This document shows, piece by piece, positions 63,401-64,000 of a DNA stretch of 64,000 bases. Source of the DNA: Bugula neritina (lineage: Eukaryota > Animalia > Bryozoa); contig OZ037768.1 of NCBI GenBank assembly GCA_964035545.1, forward strand, positions 15,075,675 to 15,139,674, read 5' to 3'. Numbering within the stretch: the first letter of the stretch is position 1; each line of letters opens with the position of its first letter. The notes below the pieces were generated by a model. It did not search any database and was not told the origin of the DNA. It worked only from the letters and a program-made list of their open reading frames with translations. The position numbers and the translations under genes were made by a program.

Positions 63401-64000
63401 GCAACATACTGCAACGTATTGAAATACACTGTAACATATTGAAAAACACTGCAACACATTGAAATATACTGCAACATACTAAAACATACGGCAACATACT
63501 GAAATATACTGCGACACATTGAAATATAGTGCAACATACTGAAATATGCTGTAGCATACTGAAATACACTGCAAAACACTGAAGTAAACTGTAATATACA
63601 GAAACGTACTGTAACATACTGAAACATACGGCAACATACTAAAATATACTGCGACACATTGAAATATACTGCAACATACTGAAATACACCGTAACATACT
63701 GAAATACACTGCAACATACTGAAATACGCCGTAACATACTGAAATACACTGCAACATACTGAAATACACTGTAACAAATTGAAATACACTGCAACACACT
63801 GAAATATGCTGAAACATACCGAAATATATGGTAACCTACTGAAATATGTTGCAAACCACTGAAACATACTGCATCATCTTGCAACAAAATGAAATATACG
63901 GTAACGCTGAAGCATACTGCAATATACTGAAATATACTGTAACATACTAAGACATATTGCAACATACCGAAATATATGGTAACCTACTGAAATATGTTGC
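51500..64000. repeat. HOR domain with 3826/3786-bp period (~3.3 copies)
   Basis: Markers at 52846/56672/60458, 53499/57325/61111, 54574/58400/62186 (offsets 3826 then 3786, a 40-bp loss near 59920). Confidence 0.9.

Larger units (their letters stand above)
17877..64000. repeat. 10-bp-monomer satellite array, right of the transposon
   Basis: Same monomers and orientation. Resumes exactly in phase (CATACTGCAACATACCGAAAT) after the insertion and runs off the right edge. Confidence 0.98.

Noticed and set aside
143-63965. Hundreds of minus-strand ORFs (MLQYISVCCSVFQ-type, up to 331 aa) as a membrane or Cys-rich protein family
   Set aside because: They overlap in all three frames with the same peptide pattern, as expected from a stop-free 10-bp repeat. 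Inherited 1-2 bp indels break frames freely and no domain is recognisable.
1-64000. CRISPR array with the GGTAACC module as repeat
   Set aside because: The intervening sequence is the same satellite rather than unique spacers, spacing is irregular and long, and there are no cas genes.
1-64000. Identity with known short satellites (Drosophila AATAACATAG decamer, Parascaris TTGCA pentamer) or a telomeric repeat
   Set aside because: Only 5-6 bp words are shared (AACATA, TTGCA). The monomers differ, there are no G-runs, and the HOR-structured degeneracy is unlike telomerase products.

Overview
Eukaryotic-looking (probably animal) satellite DNA with no supportable genes. About 96% of the window is one same-orientation tandem array of a degenerate 10-bp monomer (CTGCAACATA / CTGAAATAYA / CTGTAACATA, often alternating as a 20-bp dimer). 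The array is organised into kilobase higher-order repeats (HORs) that change along the window: irregular at about 1-11 kb, ~6.7 kb period at 11-29 kb, 3315 bp at 27-51 kb with an 8953-bp super-duplication, and 3826/3786 bp at 52-64 kb. The only unique sequence is a 2566-bp non-autonomous DNA transposon at 15311-17876. It has CAC...GTG termini, a 2-bp CA target-site duplication confirmed by an empty paralogous site at 24604-24605, and long imperfect terminal inverted repeats built from conserved boxes at fixed spacing (CMC/EnSpm-like by termini and TSD). The hundreds of minus-strand ORFs are artefacts of a stop-free repeat strand. All coordinates and periods were read by eye and from ORF-track offsets; no alignment or database search was run.
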